Source: Clostridia bacterium (lineage in GTDB: Bacteria; Bacillota; Clostridia; Oscillospirales; Acutalibacteraceae). Taken from it: a DNA stretch of 38,596 bases. The DNA is taken from contig CAAGND010000027.1 of NCBI GenBank assembly GCA_900771185.1, positions 1 to 38,596 of the forward strand, read 5' to 3'. Each line of letters opens with the position of its first letter. Positions within the stretch are counted from its first letter, which is position 1. The position numbers were made by a program, and so were the translations under genes. The notes beneath the pieces were generated by a model. The model was not told where the DNA came from. It saw only the letters and a program-made list of their open reading frames with translations, and made no database searches. Shown piece by piece: positions 20,248-31,624 of this stretch.

Positions 20248-20997
20248 TCAAAGCCGAGTCATTATCTTCGGTCCGTCAGCCGTTATGGCGACGGTGTGTT
20301 CAAAATGAGCCGAGAGTTTGCCGTCCCTGGTCTTGACAGTCCATCCATCAGGTTGCACCCTGATGCCCGCACTTCCAAGGTTTATCATGGGTTCAATGGC
20401 AAGAGTCATGCCGGGCAGCAGGCGAACGCCTCTTCCTGGCGTGCCGAAATTCGGTACGCTGGGATCCTCATGGAGCTTTGCTCCAACACCGTGACCCGTA
20501 TACTCACGAACCACGGAGAAGCCTCTGTCCTCGCAATACTTAGCGATTGCCGAGCCTATGTCTCCGAGTCTGCCGCCTGCGACAGCTCTGCGGATTCCCT
20601 CATAGAGGCTCTCCTCAGTAACGTCGCACAGCCGCTTCGCCTCGTCGCTTATATCGCCGACGGCGAAAGTAGCAGCATTATCACCGACATAGCCGTTTAT
20701 AGCGGCGCCAAGGTCAATGCTGACGATGTCGCCCCTTCTGAGCACTCGCTTGTCGCTTGGGATTCCATGAATGATCTCATCGTTTATGGAAATGCATGCA
20801 GCAGCGGGGAATCCGTTATAGTTGAGAAATGCCGGTGTTGCCCCTGCTTTCAATATAAAATCGTGCGCGATTTTGTCAATTTCGGCAGTGGTGACACCCG
20901 GTTCAACAGCATCACCCGCTGCTTTTAATGCTCCCGCAGAAATTCTGCAAGCCTCTTTCATGAGTGCAAGTTCTCTACTTGTTTTGAGCACTATCAT
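20248..20997 (-). CDS. map: Type I methionyl aminopeptidase
   Basis: CISINDEIIHGIP, DIVSID, GHGVG..LHEDP, AIEPM, SAHFEHT. Confidence 0.97.
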   Translation of the reverse strand: MIVLKTSRELALMKEACRISAGALKAAGDAVEPGVTTAEIDKIAHDFILKAGATPAFLNYNGFPAAACISINDEIIHGIPSDKRVLRRGDIVSIDLGAAINGYVGDNAATFAVGDISDEAKRLCDVTEESLYEGIRRAVAGGRLGDIGSAIAKYCEDRGFSVVREYTGHGVGAKLHEDPSVPNFGTPGRGVRLLPGMTLAIEPMINLGSAGIRVQPDGWTVKTRDGKLSAHFEHTVAITADGPKIMTRL

Positions 20998-21037
20998 GCT
21001 TTATCCTCCGTTTTGCCGCCTGAGCGGCGAAGGGCTT

Positions 21038-22405
21038 TTAATCAAGGAAGCCCTTATAGTGACGCATCATCATCTGGCTCTCGAGCTGCTTGACAGTCTC
21101 AAGCGCAACACCGACAAGAATGATTATCGAGGTACCGCCGAGCGAGATGTTCATGCCGCTTGCCTTGTGAAGTCCGTTCACCAGAATGAGTGTTGTTATC
21201 TGTGAGAACAGAATCGGGAAGATAGCGACAACGCTCAGAAGCAGCGCTCCGAGGAGCGTAATTCTCGAAATAATTTTTGCGATGTAGTCGGAGGTCGGTC
21301 TGCCGGTACGGATACCGGGGATCATACCGCCATTCTTTGCGATGTTCTGCGACATCTCTATGGGGTTGTACTGAATGCTTGAATAGAAATAGGCAAATGC
21401 GATTATCAACACAAAGTAGATAATACCGTATGCCCAGTGATCGGACTGGAATATTCCGAAGAAGCCATCCCAGAAGCCGCCCTCAGCGATTTTGCCGGAG
21501 GGAATGAACATCTGGATTGTCGGCGGGATTGAGAGAATCGAGCCGGCAAAGATGACAGGCATAACGCCCGACATATTGACCTTAATCGGAATATGAGTGC
21601 TCTGACCGCCGTACATCTTACGTCCAACAACGCGCTTTGCGTACTGAACGGGAATACGTCTCTCAGCGTTGTCCATCCACACGATGAAAGCAATCATAAG
21701 GATGAGAATGACTCCGACAAAGGGTGAGAGGAAGTAGAAGATTCCGCCCCTTGAGAGATAGCTGCCCGTCTGAGGATTGAGACTGTACAGACTTGTGAGC
21801 AGTGACGGGATTCTCGAAACGATTCCTGCAAAGAGGATTATCGAGATACCGTTGCCGATACCCTTGTCATTGATCTGCTCGCCCAGCCACATTATAAGCG
21901 CAGTACCGGCGGTGAAGCACAGGATAATAACGATAGCCTGGAACACCATGAAGAATCCGGTATAGTCCGCGCCGTTGGCATCTGTTGAAAGATAGCCTGC
22001 ACTTCTGATGTAGAAGTAGTATGCGGTACTCTGAATAAGGCCGAGCGCAACAGTCACATATCTTGTGATGGAAGCAATTTTCTTGCGTCCGTCCTCTTCC
22101 TTTGAAAGTCTTTCAAGGGGAGGGATAGCAACTGTGAGCAGCTGCATGATGATCGAGGAGTTGATGTACGGGGTAATCGACAGAGCGAAAAGCGTTCCGT
22201 AGTTAAACGCATCACCGGTCATCATGACAAGGTAATTCATGAAGGTGTTGCCTTCACCTATAAGGCTGCCGCCTTCAATAAGAATGTTTGTAAACGGTAC
22301 GGGAATCGCGGAACCGATTCTGAAAATAAGAATCACAAATGCCGTGAAAAGGATCTTCTTCCTCAGCTCCGGGATTTTCCATGCGTTGGCAAAAGTCTTG
22401 AACAT
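21038..22405 (-). CDS. secY: Preprotein translocase SecY
   Basis: ITPYINSSIIMQLL, GIGNGISIIL, RRIPVQY, GVMPVIFA, IPGIRTG, GGTSIII. Confidence 0.98.
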   Translation of the reverse strand: MFKTFANAWKIPELRKKILFTAFVILIFRIGSAIPVPFTNILIEGGSLIGEGNTFMNYLVMMTGDAFNYGTLFALSITPYINSSIIMQLLTVAIPPLERLSKEEDGRKKIASITRYVTVALGLIQSTAYYFYIRSAGYLSTDANGADYTGFFMVFQAIVIILCFTAGTALIMWLGEQINDKGIGNGISIILFAGIVSRIPSLLTSLYSLNPQTGSYLSRGGIFYFLSPFVGVILILMIAFIVWMDNAERRIPVQYAKRVVGRKMYGGQSTHIPIKVNMSGVMPVIFAGSILSIPPTIQMFIPSGKIAEGGFWDGFFGIFQSDHWAYGIIYFVLIIAFAYFYSSIQYNPIEMSQNIAKNGGMIPGIRTGRPTSDYIAKIISRITLLGALLLSVVAIFPILFSQITTLILVNGLHKASGMNISLGGTSIIILVGVALETVKQLESQMMMRHYKGFLD

Positions 22406-22406
22406 A

Positions 22407-22850
22407 TCAGATTACCTCTGCCTTTCCGCCCGCCGCCTCGATCTTAGCTTTGGCGGAAGCGGAAAAAGCATTAGCCTGAACTGTTAGCTTCTTCGTAATT
22501 TCGCCCTGACCTAAAACTTTGACACCGTCAAGAGCCTTTTTGACAAGACCCGTTTCGACGAGGGCTTCTATAGTTACGGTAGCGCCATCCTCGAACTTCT
22601 TGTCGATAGCCGCTACGTTAACAGTTGCGATTTCCTTCGCAAAAATGTTGTTAAAACCTCTTTTGGGAATTCTTCTCTGAAGGGGCATCTGACCGCCCTC
22701 AAAGCCGATATGTGCGCCGCTGCCTGATCTTGCTTTCTGACCCTTGTGGCCTTTGCCGGCGGTTTTTCCCTGTCCTGATGCTGCGCCCCGGCCTATACGC
22801 TTACGCTCTTTGACGGAGCCCGGTGCAGGTGAAAGTTCATGCAGTTTCAT
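22407..22850 (-). CDS. rplO: 50S ribosomal protein L15
   Basis: [39 protein letters not shown]. Confidence 0.98.
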   Translation of the reverse strand: MKLHELSPAPGSVKERKRIGRGAASGQGKTAGKGHKGQKARSGSGAHIGFEGGQMPLQRRIPKRGFNNIFAKEIATVNVAAIDKKFEDGATVTIEALVETGLVKKALDGVKVLGQGEITKKLTVQANAFSASAKAKIEAAGGKAEVI

Positions 22851-23047
22851 CAATCAGCACCTCCTTGCTCGACTTCGCTTACAGCGATAAGGTGAGCGAG
22901 CTTCCTGAGCTTGCCGCGGGTGGCCGCGTTATCAGGCTGAACGGAAACATCGCCGATTCTGTGAAGACCAAGTGCATAGGCGGTGGCAATCTGAGGTTTC
23001 GTGCTTCCAATAAGGCTCTTGACGAGCTTTACTTGAATATCTGCCAT
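22850..23047 (-). CDS. rpmD: 50S ribosomal protein L30
   Basis: [26 protein letters not shown]; lies between rpsE and rplO. Confidence 0.93.
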   Translation of the reverse strand: MADIQVKLVKSLIGSTKPQIATAYALGLHRIGDVSVQPDNAATRGKLRKLAHLIAVSEVEQGGAD

Positions 23048-23061
23048 GCTGTCCACCCTCC

Positions 23062-23562
23062 TTAACCTAAAATTTCTTTTGCTGACTTGCCTCTTACAGC
23101 CGCAACTTCATCGACGTTGCGAAGCTGTGCAAGACCGTTCAATGTTGCTCTGACGACATTACAGGGATTGTTTGACCTGAGAGCCTTTGAGCGGATGTCC
23201 TTGATTCCGACAGTCTCAGCGACTGCACGGACAGGACCGCCGGCGATAACGCCGGTACCGGGAGCGGCGGGCTTGAGAAGAACAACGCCTGCGCCGTACT
23301 TGCCGATAACCTCGTGGGGAATGGTTGTTCCCTTGAGTGAAACCTTCATGAGGTTTTTCTTCGCATCTTCGATACCCTTGCGGATAGCATCCGGAACTTC
23401 GCCGGATTTGCCCAAACCGAAGCCGACTATTCCGTTGCCGTCACCGACAACCACAAGAGCAGCGAACTTGAAGATACGACCGCCCTTAACGGTTTTTGAA
23501 ACGCGGTTTATAGCGACAACTCTTTCTGTGAGTTCATATGCCGATGCATCAATCTTAGCCAA
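23062..23562 (-). CDS. rpsE: 30S ribosomal protein S5
   Basis: [27 protein letters not shown]. Confidence 0.98.
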   Translation of the reverse strand: MAKIDASAYELTERVVAINRVSKTVKGGRIFKFAALVVVGDGNGIVGFGLGKSGEVPDAIRKGIEDAKKNLMKVSLKGTTIPHEVIGKYGAGVVLLKPAAPGTGVIAGGPVRAVAETVGIKDIRSKALRSNNPCNVVRATLNGLAQLRNVDEVAAVRGKSAKEILG

Positions 23563-23579
23563 AAGTATCCTCCCTTTCC

Positions 23580-23939
23580 TTAGAAGTTGAGGCCGCCCTC
23601 ACGGGCGCCTTCGGCCAGTTCCTGAACACGGCCGTGATAGATGTAGCCGCCGCGGTCGAAAACAACATCTGTTATTCCCTTATCGGCTGCTCTTTTTGCC
23701 AGTGTGTTGCCCACCTTGCGGGCTGCGGATTTATTTCCGCCGTAATCCTCAAAATCCTTTTCAACAGTTGAGGCTGAAACAAGGGTTTCGCCCGTAACAT
23801 CATCTATTATCTGAGCGTAGATGTGCTGCAGGGAGCGGAATACATTAAGGCGGGGGCATTCTGCAGTTCCGGAAACCTTGGCACGCACTCTGGTGTGGCG
23901 CTTTTGTCTTGCCTTGTTGCTGTCCGGTCTGTTAACCAT
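23580..23939 (-). CDS. rplR: 50S ribosomal protein L18
   Basis: [21 protein letters not shown]. Confidence 0.98.
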   Translation of the reverse strand: MVNRPDSNKARQKRHTRVRAKVSGTAECPRLNVFRSLQHIYAQIIDDVTGETLVSASTVEKDFEDYGGNKSAARKVGNTLAKRAADKGITDVVFDRGGYIYHGRVQELAEGAREGGLNF

Positions 23940-23963
23940 AATTTTTCACTCCTTAATCTAAGA

Positions 23964-24509
23964 CTACTTACCGCCCTTGCCGGCCTTGCCTTCCTTGCGG
24001 CGGATGTGCTCGTCAACGTATTTGATTCCCTTGCCCTTATAAGGCTCCGGAGGACGCTTCTCGCGGACTTCCGCTGCAAACTGGCCGACCTTCTGCTTGT
24101 CGGGACCCGAAATAACTACCTTGTTGGGTGCGGGAACCTCGATTGTGATGCCGTCCTTCTCGGGCACTCTGACCTGGTGGGAGTAGCCTATGTTGAGCAC
24201 AAGCTCCTTACCCTCCTTGGCGGCACGGTAACCGACACCGTTTATCTCAAGCTCCTTCTTGTAGCCCTCGCTGACACCTGTTACCATATTGGCGACGAGT
24301 GTGCGCGTCAGACCGTGAAGTGACTTGTTAAGCTTGCTGTCATCGGGACGTTTGACGTTGATAACAGCGCCGTCGACCTCGACAGACATATTGCTGTGCA
24401 CAGTTCTGGTAAGCTCGCCCTTTGCACCCTTAACGGTGACAGTGCTGCCGTCCACCTGCACAGTAACCCCTGCGGGGATTGCGATGGGTTTGTTTCCTAT
24501 GCGTGACAT
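23964..24509 (-). CDS. rplF: 50S ribosomal protein L6
   Basis: [21 protein letters not shown]. Confidence 0.98.
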   Translation of the reverse strand: MSRIGNKPIAIPAGVTVQVDGSTVTVKGAKGELTRTVHSNMSVEVDGAVINVKRPDDSKLNKSLHGLTRTLVANMVTGVSEGYKKELEINGVGYRAAKEGKELVLNIGYSHQVRVPEKDGITIEVPAPNKVVISGPDKQKVGQFAAEVREKRPPEPYKGKGIKYVDEHIRRKEGKAGKGGK

Positions 24510-24523
24510 TTCACAGCACCTCC

Positions 24524-24922
24524 TTACCAGATAAATGCAAGGACTTCGCCGCCGACATTGGCCTTGCGAGCATCCTTGTCAGTCATAATGCCCTTGGAAG
24601 TTGAGAGGATTGCAATGCCGAGGCCCTTCATGACTCTGGGCATATCCTCGCAATTTGTGTATATACGCAGGCCGGGCTTGGAAACTCTGCGCAAACCGGT
24701 TATAACCTGTGATTTGTTGGGGCCGTACTTGAGAGCGATTTCGATAACGCCCTGTTTGCCGTCGTCCTCAACTTTGAATCCCTTTATATAGCCCTCATCA
24801 ACAAGAATTTGAGCAATCGCCTTCTTCATGTTAGATGCGGGGATCTTCACCGTGTCATGTCTGGCGGAATTCGCATTGCGGATTCTTGTCAGCATATCAC
24901 CGATGGAATCAGTAATTTGCAT
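24524..24922 (-). CDS. rpsH: 30S ribosomal protein S8
   Basis: [27 protein letters not shown]; start at MQITD after AGGAGG. Confidence 0.98.
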   Translation of the reverse strand: MQITDSIGDMLTRIRNANSARHDTVKIPASNMKKAIAQILVDEGYIKGFKVEDDGKQGVIEIALKYGPNKSQVITGLRRVSKPGLRIYTNCEDMPRVMKGLGIAILSTSKGIMTDKDARKANVGGEVLAFIW

Positions 24923-24951
24923 ACTGTTTAACCTCCTTTTGCAATTGCTCT

Positions 24952-25137
24952 TTACCAGCTGGCTTTCTTCACGCCGGGGATCTGACCCGCATGTGCCAAC
25001 TCTCTGAAGCAGATGCGGCATACTCCGTATTTGCGAAGATAGGCGTGCGGTCTGCCGCAGATTTTGCATCTGTTGTAAGCCCTTGAGGAATATTTTGCAG
25101 GTCTTGCCTGCTTAACCTTCATGGATGTTTTGGCCAC
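24952..25137 (-). CDS. rpsN: 30S ribosomal protein S14 (type Z, zinc-binding)
   Basis: [23 protein letters not shown]; 61 aa. Confidence 0.98.
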   Translation of the reverse strand: MAKTSMKVKQARPAKYSSRAYNRCKICGRPHAYLRKYGVCRICFRELAHAGQIPGVKKASW

Positions 25138-25149
25138 CGTAATCCCTCC

Positions 25150-25692
25150 TTATTTTGCGAACGGAGCGCCCATAAGAGTGAGCAGCTCACGGGCCTCTTC
25201 ATCTGTGTTTGCGGTTGTGACAAAGCAGATATCCATGCCTCTGACCTTGTCAATCTTATCGTAATCAATCTCGGGGAATATAAGCTGTTCCTTTATACCC
25301 ATCGAGTAGTTGCCTCTGCCGTCAAAGGAGTTGGGGTTGATACCTCTGAAGTCTCTGACGCGGGGAAGAGCGAGATTGAAGAACCTGTCAAGGAACTCAT
25401 ACATTCTGTCTCCCCTGAGGGTAACCTTTGCGCCTATAACCATGCCTTCACGCAGCTTAAAGTTAGCGACGGATTTCTTCGCCTTGCAGAGCACGGGTCT
25501 CTGACCTGTTATCTGCATAAGATCGGAAACGACTGCATCGAGAACCTTTGAGTTATCTCTTGCTTCGCCGCAGGCAACGTTTACCACGATCTTGTCAAGC
25601 TTCGGGATCTGCATGACGCTCTTATATTCGAATTTCTTCATAAGAGCAGGTGCAACTTCATTTTTGTAGGTTTCTTTTAACCTTGCTGCCAT
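25150..25692 (-). CDS. rplE: 50S ribosomal protein L5
   Basis: [27 protein letters not shown]. Confidence 0.98.
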   Translation of the reverse strand: MAARLKETYKNEVAPALMKKFEYKSVMQIPKLDKIVVNVACGEARDNSKVLDAVVSDLMQITGQRPVLCKAKKSVANFKLREGMVIGAKVTLRGDRMYEFLDRFFNLALPRVRDFRGINPNSFDGRGNYSMGIKEQLIFPEIDYDKIDKVRGMDICFVTTANTDEEARELLTLMGAPFAK

Positions 25693-25708
25693 ATTTCATG
25701 CTCCTCCC

Positions 25709-26038
25709 TTATTCAAATTCCGCAAGGCAGTCGCTCTTCTTGCATGTGCGCACTTTCTTGCCTTTTGCGTTTATTTTGCTGCCGGTTCTGGTCGGTCTGC
25801 CGCACTTGGGGCAGATGAGCTGAACCTTATCTGCATAAAGGGCGCTCTCAGCCTGGATCAGGCCGCCGGGCTCACCCATCTTGCGAGGCTTAACGTGCTT
25901 TGTGACGATATTGACGCCCTCGACGATAACCTTGCCTTCGGAGGGGCTGACCTGCATGACCTTGCCTCTCTTGCCGCGGTATTTGCCGTTGATGACCATT
26001 ACCTCGTCACCGGTCTTAACATGAACCTTATTACTCAT
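25709..26038 (-). CDS. rplX: 50S ribosomal protein L24
   Basis: KOW motif GDEVMVINGKYRGKRG, VEGVN..KHVKP. Confidence 0.97.
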   Translation of the reverse strand: MSNKVHVKTGDEVMVINGKYRGKRGKVMQVSPSEGKVIVEGVNIVTKHVKPRKMGEPGGLIQAESALYADKVQLICPKCGRPTRTGSKINAKGKKVRTCKKSDCLAEFE

Positions 26039-26052
26039 CGTTGCACCTCCGA

Positions 26053-26421
26053 TTAAAGCACTTCGGGAGCCAGAGAGAGAATCTTGAGATAATCCTTCTC
26101 ACGCAGCTCTCTCGCTACCGGTCCAAAAATACGAGTGCCTTTGGGATTTTTGTCTTCTTTGATGATAACAGCTGCATTCTCATCGAAGCGAATGTAGGTG
26201 CCGTCATCTCGGCGAATTCCTTTTGCGGTGCGAACCACGACCGCCTTAACGACCTCGCCTTTTTTTACTACGCCGCCGGGTGCTGCTTTTTTAACCGAAG
26301 CAACTATGACGTCGCCGATATTGGCATACCTCCTGCCGGAACCTCCAAGGACACGAATGCACATAATCTCTTTCGCGCCTGTGTTGTCGGCAACCTTGAG
26401 GTAACTCTGTTGCTGTATCAC
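26053..26421 (-). CDS. rplN: 50S ribosomal protein L14
   Basis: [33 protein letters not shown]. Confidence 0.98.
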   Translation of the reverse strand: MIQQQSYLKVADNTGAKEIMCIRVLGGSGRRYANIGDVIVASVKKAAPGGVVKKGEVVKAVVVRTAKGIRRDDGTYIRFDENAAVIIKEDKNPKGTRIFGPVARELREKDYLKILSLAPEVL

Positions 26422-26451
26422 AGTGTCTGCCTCCTTACTGTTACCAAAAAA

Positions 26452-26706
26452 TTATTTAGCCTTCTCAATGATTTCAACTACGCGCCATCTCTTGTCCTTT
26501 GACATCGGGCGGGTCTCCATGACCAGAACACGGTCTCCGATTCCGCAGATGTTGTTCTCGTCGTGAGCCTTGAGCTTGACTGTGCGGTTGACTATCTTCT
26601 TGTAAAGCGGATGCCTTACTCTGTCTTTAACGGAGACGACAACGGTCTTCTCCATCTTATCGCTGGTGACAATACCAACGCGTGTTTTTCTGAGGTTTCT
26701 TTCCAT
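26452..26706 (-). CDS. rpsQ: 30S ribosomal protein S17
   Basis: [30 protein letters not shown]. Confidence 0.98.
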   Translation of the reverse strand: MERNLRKTRVGIVTSDKMEKTVVVSVKDRVRHPLYKKIVNRTVKLKAHDENNICGIGDRVLVMETRPMSKDKRWRVVEIIEKAK

Positions 26707-26729
26707 TTTGTTGATTGACCTCCCTTTCC

Positions 26730-26933
26730 TCACGAATTGGAGCCGTGAAGCTCAATATCGCGCTGGACGGTCTTGATGCGCGCGATGTCTTTCTTAACGG
26801 CACTGATTCGCATCGGGTTGTCGAGCTGGTTAACAGCTTGCTGGAAGCGCAGTTTGAAAAGCTCATCCTTCAACTCAAGCAGCTTAGCATCCAGCTCTTT
26901 GGCGGAAAGTTTTCTTATTTCACTGGCTTTCAT
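26730..26933 (-). CDS. rpmC: 50S ribosomal protein L29
   Basis: [22 protein letters not shown]. Confidence 0.97.
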   Translation of the reverse strand: MKASEIRKLSAKELDAKLLELKDELFKLRFQQAVNQLDNPMRISAVKKDIARIKTVQRDIELHGSNS

Positions 26934-27358
26934 TCCTGCTCACCACCCGTTTCTTCCTTAGTTACAAATTTGCATTTGATCGGGAGCTTGTTGGCCGCAA
27001 GACGCATAGCCTCTGCAGCAAGCTCTTTTTCAACGCCGGCAATCTCGAACATAACTCTGCCGGGCTTGACAACGGCAACCCAATACTCGGGAGAACCTTT
27101 ACCGGAACCCATTCGGGTCTCAGCCGGCTTCTCGGTTATCGGCTTATCGGGGAAAATCTTGATCCAAACCTGACCGCCGCGCTTGATATAACGCGTCATG
27201 GCGATACGGGCAGCCTCTATCTGATTAGAGGTTATCCAGGCGGGCTCGAGTGCTACAAGACCGTACTCACCGTAAGTAACGGTATTGCCTCTGCTGGCCT
27301 TACCTTTAAGTCTGCCTCTGTGGACTCTGCGGTATTTAACTCTTTTGGGTAACAGCAT
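26930..27358 (-). CDS. rplP: 50S ribosomal protein L16
   Basis: [23 protein letters not shown]. Confidence 0.98.
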   Translation of the reverse strand: MLLPKRVKYRRVHRGRLKGKASRGNTVTYGEYGLVALEPAWITSNQIEAARIAMTRYIKRGGQVWIKIFPDKPITEKPAETRMGSGKGSPEYWVAVVKPGRVMFEIAGVEKELAAEAMRLAANKLPIKCKFVTKEETGGEQE

Positions 27359-28032
27359 TATCGAGCTCCTCCTTCCCTGCGGGGTCTGTTGCTGCGGTTG
27401 TCATGGAGAACCTCACCCTTGTAAATCCAGACCTTGACGCCGATGCGGCCGTAGGTGGTCTTTGCCTCTGCAAAGCCATAGTCGATGTCGGCTCTGATGG
27501 TCTGAAGCGGGATGGTACCCTCATGATACTGCTCTGTACGTGCGATTTCCGCACCGCCCAGACGGCCGGAAACCTGGGTTTTGATACCCTTTGCGCCGAG
27601 TCTCATTGTGCGTCCGATAGACTGCTTGAGAGCGCGGCGGAACGAAACTCTTCTCTCGAGCTGAGAAGCGATATTCTCTGCAACGAGCTGAGCGTTGAGG
27701 TCGGGCTGCTTAACCTCAATGATGTTAAGCGAAACCTCTTTGCCGCCGAGCTTCTTTTCGCAGATTTTTTTGAGCTTCTCAATCTCTGCGCCGCCCTTAC
27801 CGATAACCATACCGGGCTTTGCGCAGTGGATGTTGATGCAGACTCTCTTGGAATCACGCTCAATCTCTATCTTGGGCACGCCTGCCGGAGCAAGGAGCTC
27901 AAAGAGGAATTCACGCAGCTCATAGTCCTCGACGAGTGTGTCGCCGAAGTGCTTTGAATCAGCGTACCAACGTGACTCCCAGTCTTTAATAACACCGATT
28001 CTGAGACCGGTGGGATTAATTTTCTGTCCCAT
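27358..28032 (-). CDS. rpsC: 30S ribosomal protein S3
   Basis: [37 protein letters not shown]. Confidence 0.98.
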   Translation of the reverse strand: MGQKINPTGLRIGVIKDWESRWYADSKHFGDTLVEDYELREFLFELLAPAGVPKIEIERDSKRVCINIHCAKPGMVIGKGGAEIEKLKKICEKKLGGKEVSLNIIEVKQPDLNAQLVAENIASQLERRVSFRRALKQSIGRTMRLGAKGIKTQVSGRLGGAEIARTEQYHEGTIPLQTIRADIDYGFAEAKTTYGRIGVKVWIYKGEVLHDNRSNRPRREGGAR

Positions 28033-28051
28033 AGTTTAACCTCCTCCTCGC

Positions 28052-28399
28052 TTATTCCGCTTCCTTGAGCACAAGGGTGATATGCGACGTCTTCTTATTG
28101 ATTCTGTACGCTCTGCCCTGGGCTCTGGGTCTTATTCTTTTGAGGGTCGGTCCCTGGCTGACAGCACACTCGCTGACATAGAGCACGGAGGTGTCCATGT
28201 TCTTGTTCTCAGCGTTTGCTATCGCGGACTTCAAAAGCTTGAGAAGCGGTTCACACGCAGCCTTGGGCGTGTGTTTGAGGATAGCCAGCGCTTTGTCCGC
28301 CGGCTGGTTGCGGATAAGGTCGAGAACTATCTGAACCTTGCGGGGAGCAATGCGCACATAGTTGGCCTTAGCAACTGCCTGCAATGTATTATCTTGCAT
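28052..28399 (-). CDS. rplV: 50S ribosomal protein L22
   Basis: [34 protein letters not shown]. Confidence 0.98.
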   Translation of the reverse strand: MQDNTLQAVAKANYVRIAPRKVQIVLDLIRNQPADKALAILKHTPKAACEPLLKLLKSAIANAENKNMDTSVLYVSECAVSQGPTLKRIRPRAQGRAYRINKKTSHITLVLKEAE

Positions 28400-28422
28400 T
28401 GTTACACACTCCTTTCGACTGA

Positions 28423-28704
28423 TTATTTACCGTTATTTGATGTTTTGGAACCCGCGTGACCTCTGAATGTTCTGGTCGGCGCGAACTCGCCGAGTTTATG
28501 TCCAACCATATCCTCTGTTACATACACGGGGACATGCTTGCGTCCGTCATGAACAGCAAAGGTGTGGCCGACAAATTCGGGAAAGATTGTGGAGCTGCGG
28601 CTCCAGGTCTTGAGAACCTGCTTGTTGCCGGTTTTGTTCATCTCCACGACTCTCTCGAGCAGTTTAGGCTGCACGAAAGGTCCTTTTTTAACGCTTCTGC
28701 CCAT
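28423..28704 (-). CDS. rpsS: 30S ribosomal protein S19
   Basis: [28 protein letters not shown]. Confidence 0.98.
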   Translation of the reverse strand: MGRSVKKGPFVQPKLLERVVEMNKTGNKQVLKTWSRSSTIFPEFVGHTFAVHDGRKHVPVYVTEDMVGHKLGEFAPTRTFRGHAGSKTSNNGK

Positions 28705-28727
28705 TTCTTTCTGCTCCTTTCATCGAC

Positions 28728-29561
28728 TTACTTGCCGTTGCGGCGCTTCACGATAAGCTTATCGGAGGCCTTCTTGGTGGATCTCGTCTTATAACCGAGT
28801 GCGGGCTTGCCCCACGGAGTGCAGGGACCGGGTCTTCCGATCGGGCTCTTGCCCTCACCGCCGCCGTGCGGGTGATCGCAGGGGTTCATGACTGAACCGC
28901 GGACTGTCGGTCTCCAGCCCATGTGGCGTTTGCGTCCGGCCTTACCGACCTTGACGTTCTCGTGGTCAACGTTTCCGACCTGACCGACTGTTGCCATGCA
29001 GGCTACAGAAACGTTTCTGAGCTCGCCGGAGGGCAGACGGAGAAGCGCGTAGGGGCCTTCCTTAGCCATAAGCTGTGCGGAGTTGCCCGCCGCTCTTGCA
29101 AGCTGGCCGCCTCTGCCGGGATAAAGCTCAACGTTGTGAACGAAAGTACCGGTGGGGATATTGGTAAGCGGAAGTGCGTTACCGACCTTGATATCAGCAT
29201 CGGGGCCTGCAACAACTGTATCGCCTACGTTGAGACCCGCGGGAGCAAGGATATACCTTTTCTCGCCGTCAGCATACTCAAGCAGAGCAATGTGAGCTGA
29301 ACGGTTGGGGTCATACTCAAGTGTTTTAACTGATGCAGTAACATCGAACTTGTCACGCTTGAAGTCGATGACACGATATTTTCTGCGCTGTCCGCCGCCG
29401 CGGTGGCGAACTGTGATTCTGCCGTAGCTGTTGCGTCCGGAGTTCTTTGCGAGAGGCTCAAGCAAGCTTCTCTCGGGAGCTACCTTGGACAGCCCGGAGT
29501 AATCAGTAACCGACATGTTACGGCGTGCGTTAGTAGTCGGCTTGTAAACTCTGATCGACAT
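28728..29561 (-). CDS. rplB: 50S ribosomal protein L2
   Basis: [32 protein letters not shown]; start at MSIRVYKPT after GAGGAG. Confidence 0.98.
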   Translation of the reverse strand: MSIRVYKPTTNARRNMSVTDYSGLSKVAPERSLLEPLAKNSGRNSYGRITVRHRGGGQRRKYRVIDFKRDKFDVTASVKTLEYDPNRSAHIALLEYADGEKRYILAPAGLNVGDTVVAGPDADIKVGNALPLTNIPTGTFVHNVELYPGRGGQLARAAGNSAQLMAKEGPYALLRLPSGELRNVSVACMATVGQVGNVDHENVKVGKAGRKRHMGWRPTVRGSVMNPCDHPHGGGEGKSPIGRPGPCTPWGKPALGYKTRSTKKASDKLIVKRRNGK

Positions 29562-29634
29562 TAATTTCACTCTCCTCATAGCGGCTTTGCGGAGTATGTC
29601 GCTCTCCATACTTTACCGCCGGATTATTGATTGA

Positions 29635-29931
29635 TTACATCATTCCGTCGAAGAACTCGATGGTCTTTGAGTCCTCGGTCAGGGTAACTACTGCCTTTTT
29701 CCAGGAAGCTGTGTAGCCCTCGAAGCGGCCGTACCTGCGCTTTTTGCCTCTGCAGTTGACAGTGTTCACGCTCTTGACCTTTACCTTGAAGAGCTCCTCA
29801 ACAGCCTTGGCTATCTCAATCTTGTTGGCGTCCTTCGCAACGGAGAAGGTGTATTTCTTATCCGCTGTGCCGAGCATGCTTTCCTCGGTGATGATGGGGC
29901 GAAGGATGATATCCTGTGCTAACTTGCTCAT
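29635..29931 (-). CDS. rplW: 50S ribosomal protein L23
   Basis: [32 protein letters not shown]. Confidence 0.97.
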   Translation of the reverse strand: MSKLAQDIILRPIITEESMLGTADKKYTFSVAKDANKIEIAKAVEELFKVKVKSVNTVNCRGKKRRYGRFEGYTASWKKAVVTLTEDSKTIEFFDGMM

Positions 29932-30551
29932 GCATATACCTCCTCAATCTTGGCGACGGCATCCTTGAGCACTACGAGAGAATCGCAGTTGAGAATGTCG
30001 TAGACATTGAGTGTATTAACAAGAGTGGTCTTGACGCCCTTGATGTTGCGTGCGCTTCTGTAAACGGTCTCGTTCTTCTCGGGAAGGACTATGAGTACCT
30101 TCTTGCCCGTCTCGAGAGCTGAGAGAACACTGACAACTTCCTTTGTCTTGATCTCGTTCATCTCGAGGCTGTCGAGGACTATAAGCTCCTCGGCGGCAAC
30201 CTTTGAAGAGAGAGCCGACTTCATAGCGAGTCTTCTGACCTTCTTGTTGACTGTCTTGCCGTACTCACGGGGCTTGGGGCCGAGCGCTATGCCGCCGTGT
30301 GTCCACTGCGGGCTTCTTGTTGAGCCCTGTCTTGCGCGGCCTGAGCCCTTCTGTCTCCAGGGCTTTTTGCCGCCTCCGCTGACCTCAGCGCGTGTAAGGG
30401 TAGACTGTGTGCCCTGGCGCTGATTTGCCAAATAAGCAACCACGCAAAGGTGCATCGCCGCAGCGTTCGGGGTTATTGCGAAAATACCGTCCGAAAGGGC
30501 AATGTCGGAAACCTTCTTGCCGGTTCTGTCAAATACTGAATAATTAGGCAT
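29928..30551 (-). CDS. rplD: 50S ribosomal protein L4
   Basis: [31 protein letters not shown]. Confidence 0.98.
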   Translation of the reverse strand: MPNYSVFDRTGKKVSDIALSDGIFAITPNAAAMHLCVVAYLANQRQGTQSTLTRAEVSGGGKKPWRQKGSGRARQGSTRSPQWTHGGIALGPKPREYGKTVNKKVRRLAMKSALSSKVAAEELIVLDSLEMNEIKTKEVVSVLSALETGKKVLIVLPEKNETVYRSARNIKGVKTTLVNTLNVYDILNCDSLVVLKDAVAKIEEVYA

Positions 30552-30568
30552 TGAACTCTACTCCTTCC

Positions 30569-31204
30569 TTACACATTTTTAACGCTGTCTTTGATTATTA
30601 CCAGACCGCCCTTGGGGCCGGGGATGCCGCCCTTGATAGCGATGAGGTTGTTTTCCGCGTCAACCTTGACAATGTCAAGATTCTGAACGGTCACTCTCTC
30701 GTGACCGAGATGACCTGCAAGCTTCTTTCCCTTGTAGACTCTTGAGGGATCGCTGCACGCGCCGAGTGAACCGGCATGTCTTGCGTTGGGTCCTGTACCG
30801 TGGCTCATCTTGAGTCTGGAGAAGTTCCATCTCTTGATGGCGCCTGCCGTTCCCTTACCCTTGCTTGTGCCCACAACGTCAACATGGTCGCCTGCGGCGA
30901 ACACGTCAGCCTTGAGGATGTCGCCTACATTGAGGCTTTCCTGATTGTCGAGTTTGAACTCTCTGAGAGCCTTCTTGGGGGCTGTGTCAGCCTTCTTGAA
31001 GTGGCCCTGCATGGGCTTGTTAACTCTCTGAACTTTGACGTCACCGAAGCCGAGCTGAACAGCCTCGTAGCCGTCGTTTTCAACAGTCTTCTTCATCACG
31101 ACCGAGCAGGGACCCGCTTCGACAACAGTTACGGGAACAACGTTTCCGTTTGCATCGAAAATCTGAGTCATGCCGATCTTCTTACCGATGAGAGCTTTTT
31201 GCAT
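30569..31204 (-). CDS. rplC: 50S ribosomal protein L3
   Basis: GKKIGMTQ, DGYEAVQ, SKGKG, IKGGIPG. Confidence 0.98.
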   Translation of the reverse strand: MQKALIGKKIGMTQIFDANGNVVPVTVVEAGPCSVVMKKTVENDGYEAVQLGFGDVKVQRVNKPMQGHFKKADTAPKKALREFKLDNQESLNVGDILKADVFAAGDHVDVVGTSKGKGTAGAIKRWNFSRLKMSHGTGPNARHAGSLGACSDPSRVYKGKKLAGHLGHERVTVQNLDIVKVDAENNLIAIKGGIPGPKGGLVIIKDSVKNV

Positions 31205-31300
31205 AATTCCTTTCTCCTCCTTAAGGTTATTGGTTGGCTTTCACCAACATGACCTGCGGCGCTTCATCATAGCTGCGTTCAGAACGCATTATATAATGTA

Positions 31301-31612
31301 TTAGAGTTTGATCTCTATATCGACGCCTGCGGGAAGCTCAAGACCAGTGAGAGCCTCAACTGTTTTTGCTGAGGGTCTGATGATGTCTATAAGCCTTTTG
31401 TGTGTACGCTGCTCAAACTGCTCGCGGGAGTCCTTGTACTTGTGGACTGCGCGAAGAACCGTGACAACTTCCTTCTCTGTCGGGAGCGGTACGGGACCCG
31501 AGACCTGAGCATCCGTTCTTTTCGCGGTCTCAACAATCTTTTCCGCCGCCTTGTCAACAAGGTTGTGGTCATAGCCCTTGAGTCTGATTCTGATTTTTCC
31601 CTTTACTGCCAT
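31301..31612 (-). CDS. rpsJ: 30S ribosomal protein S10
   Basis: [29 protein letters not shown]. Confidence 0.98.
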   Translation of the reverse strand: MAVKGKIRIRLKGYDHNLVDKAAEKIVETAKRTDAQVSGPVPLPTEKEVVTVLRAVHKYKDSREQFEQRTHKRLIDIIRPSAKTVEALTGLELPAGVDIEIKL

Positions 31613-31624
31613 TTTTACGCCTCC

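Noticed and set aside
24952..26038. Cys-rich zinc motifs in S14 and L24 (also S4 and L36)
   Set aside because: Ordinary zinc-binding forms in this group
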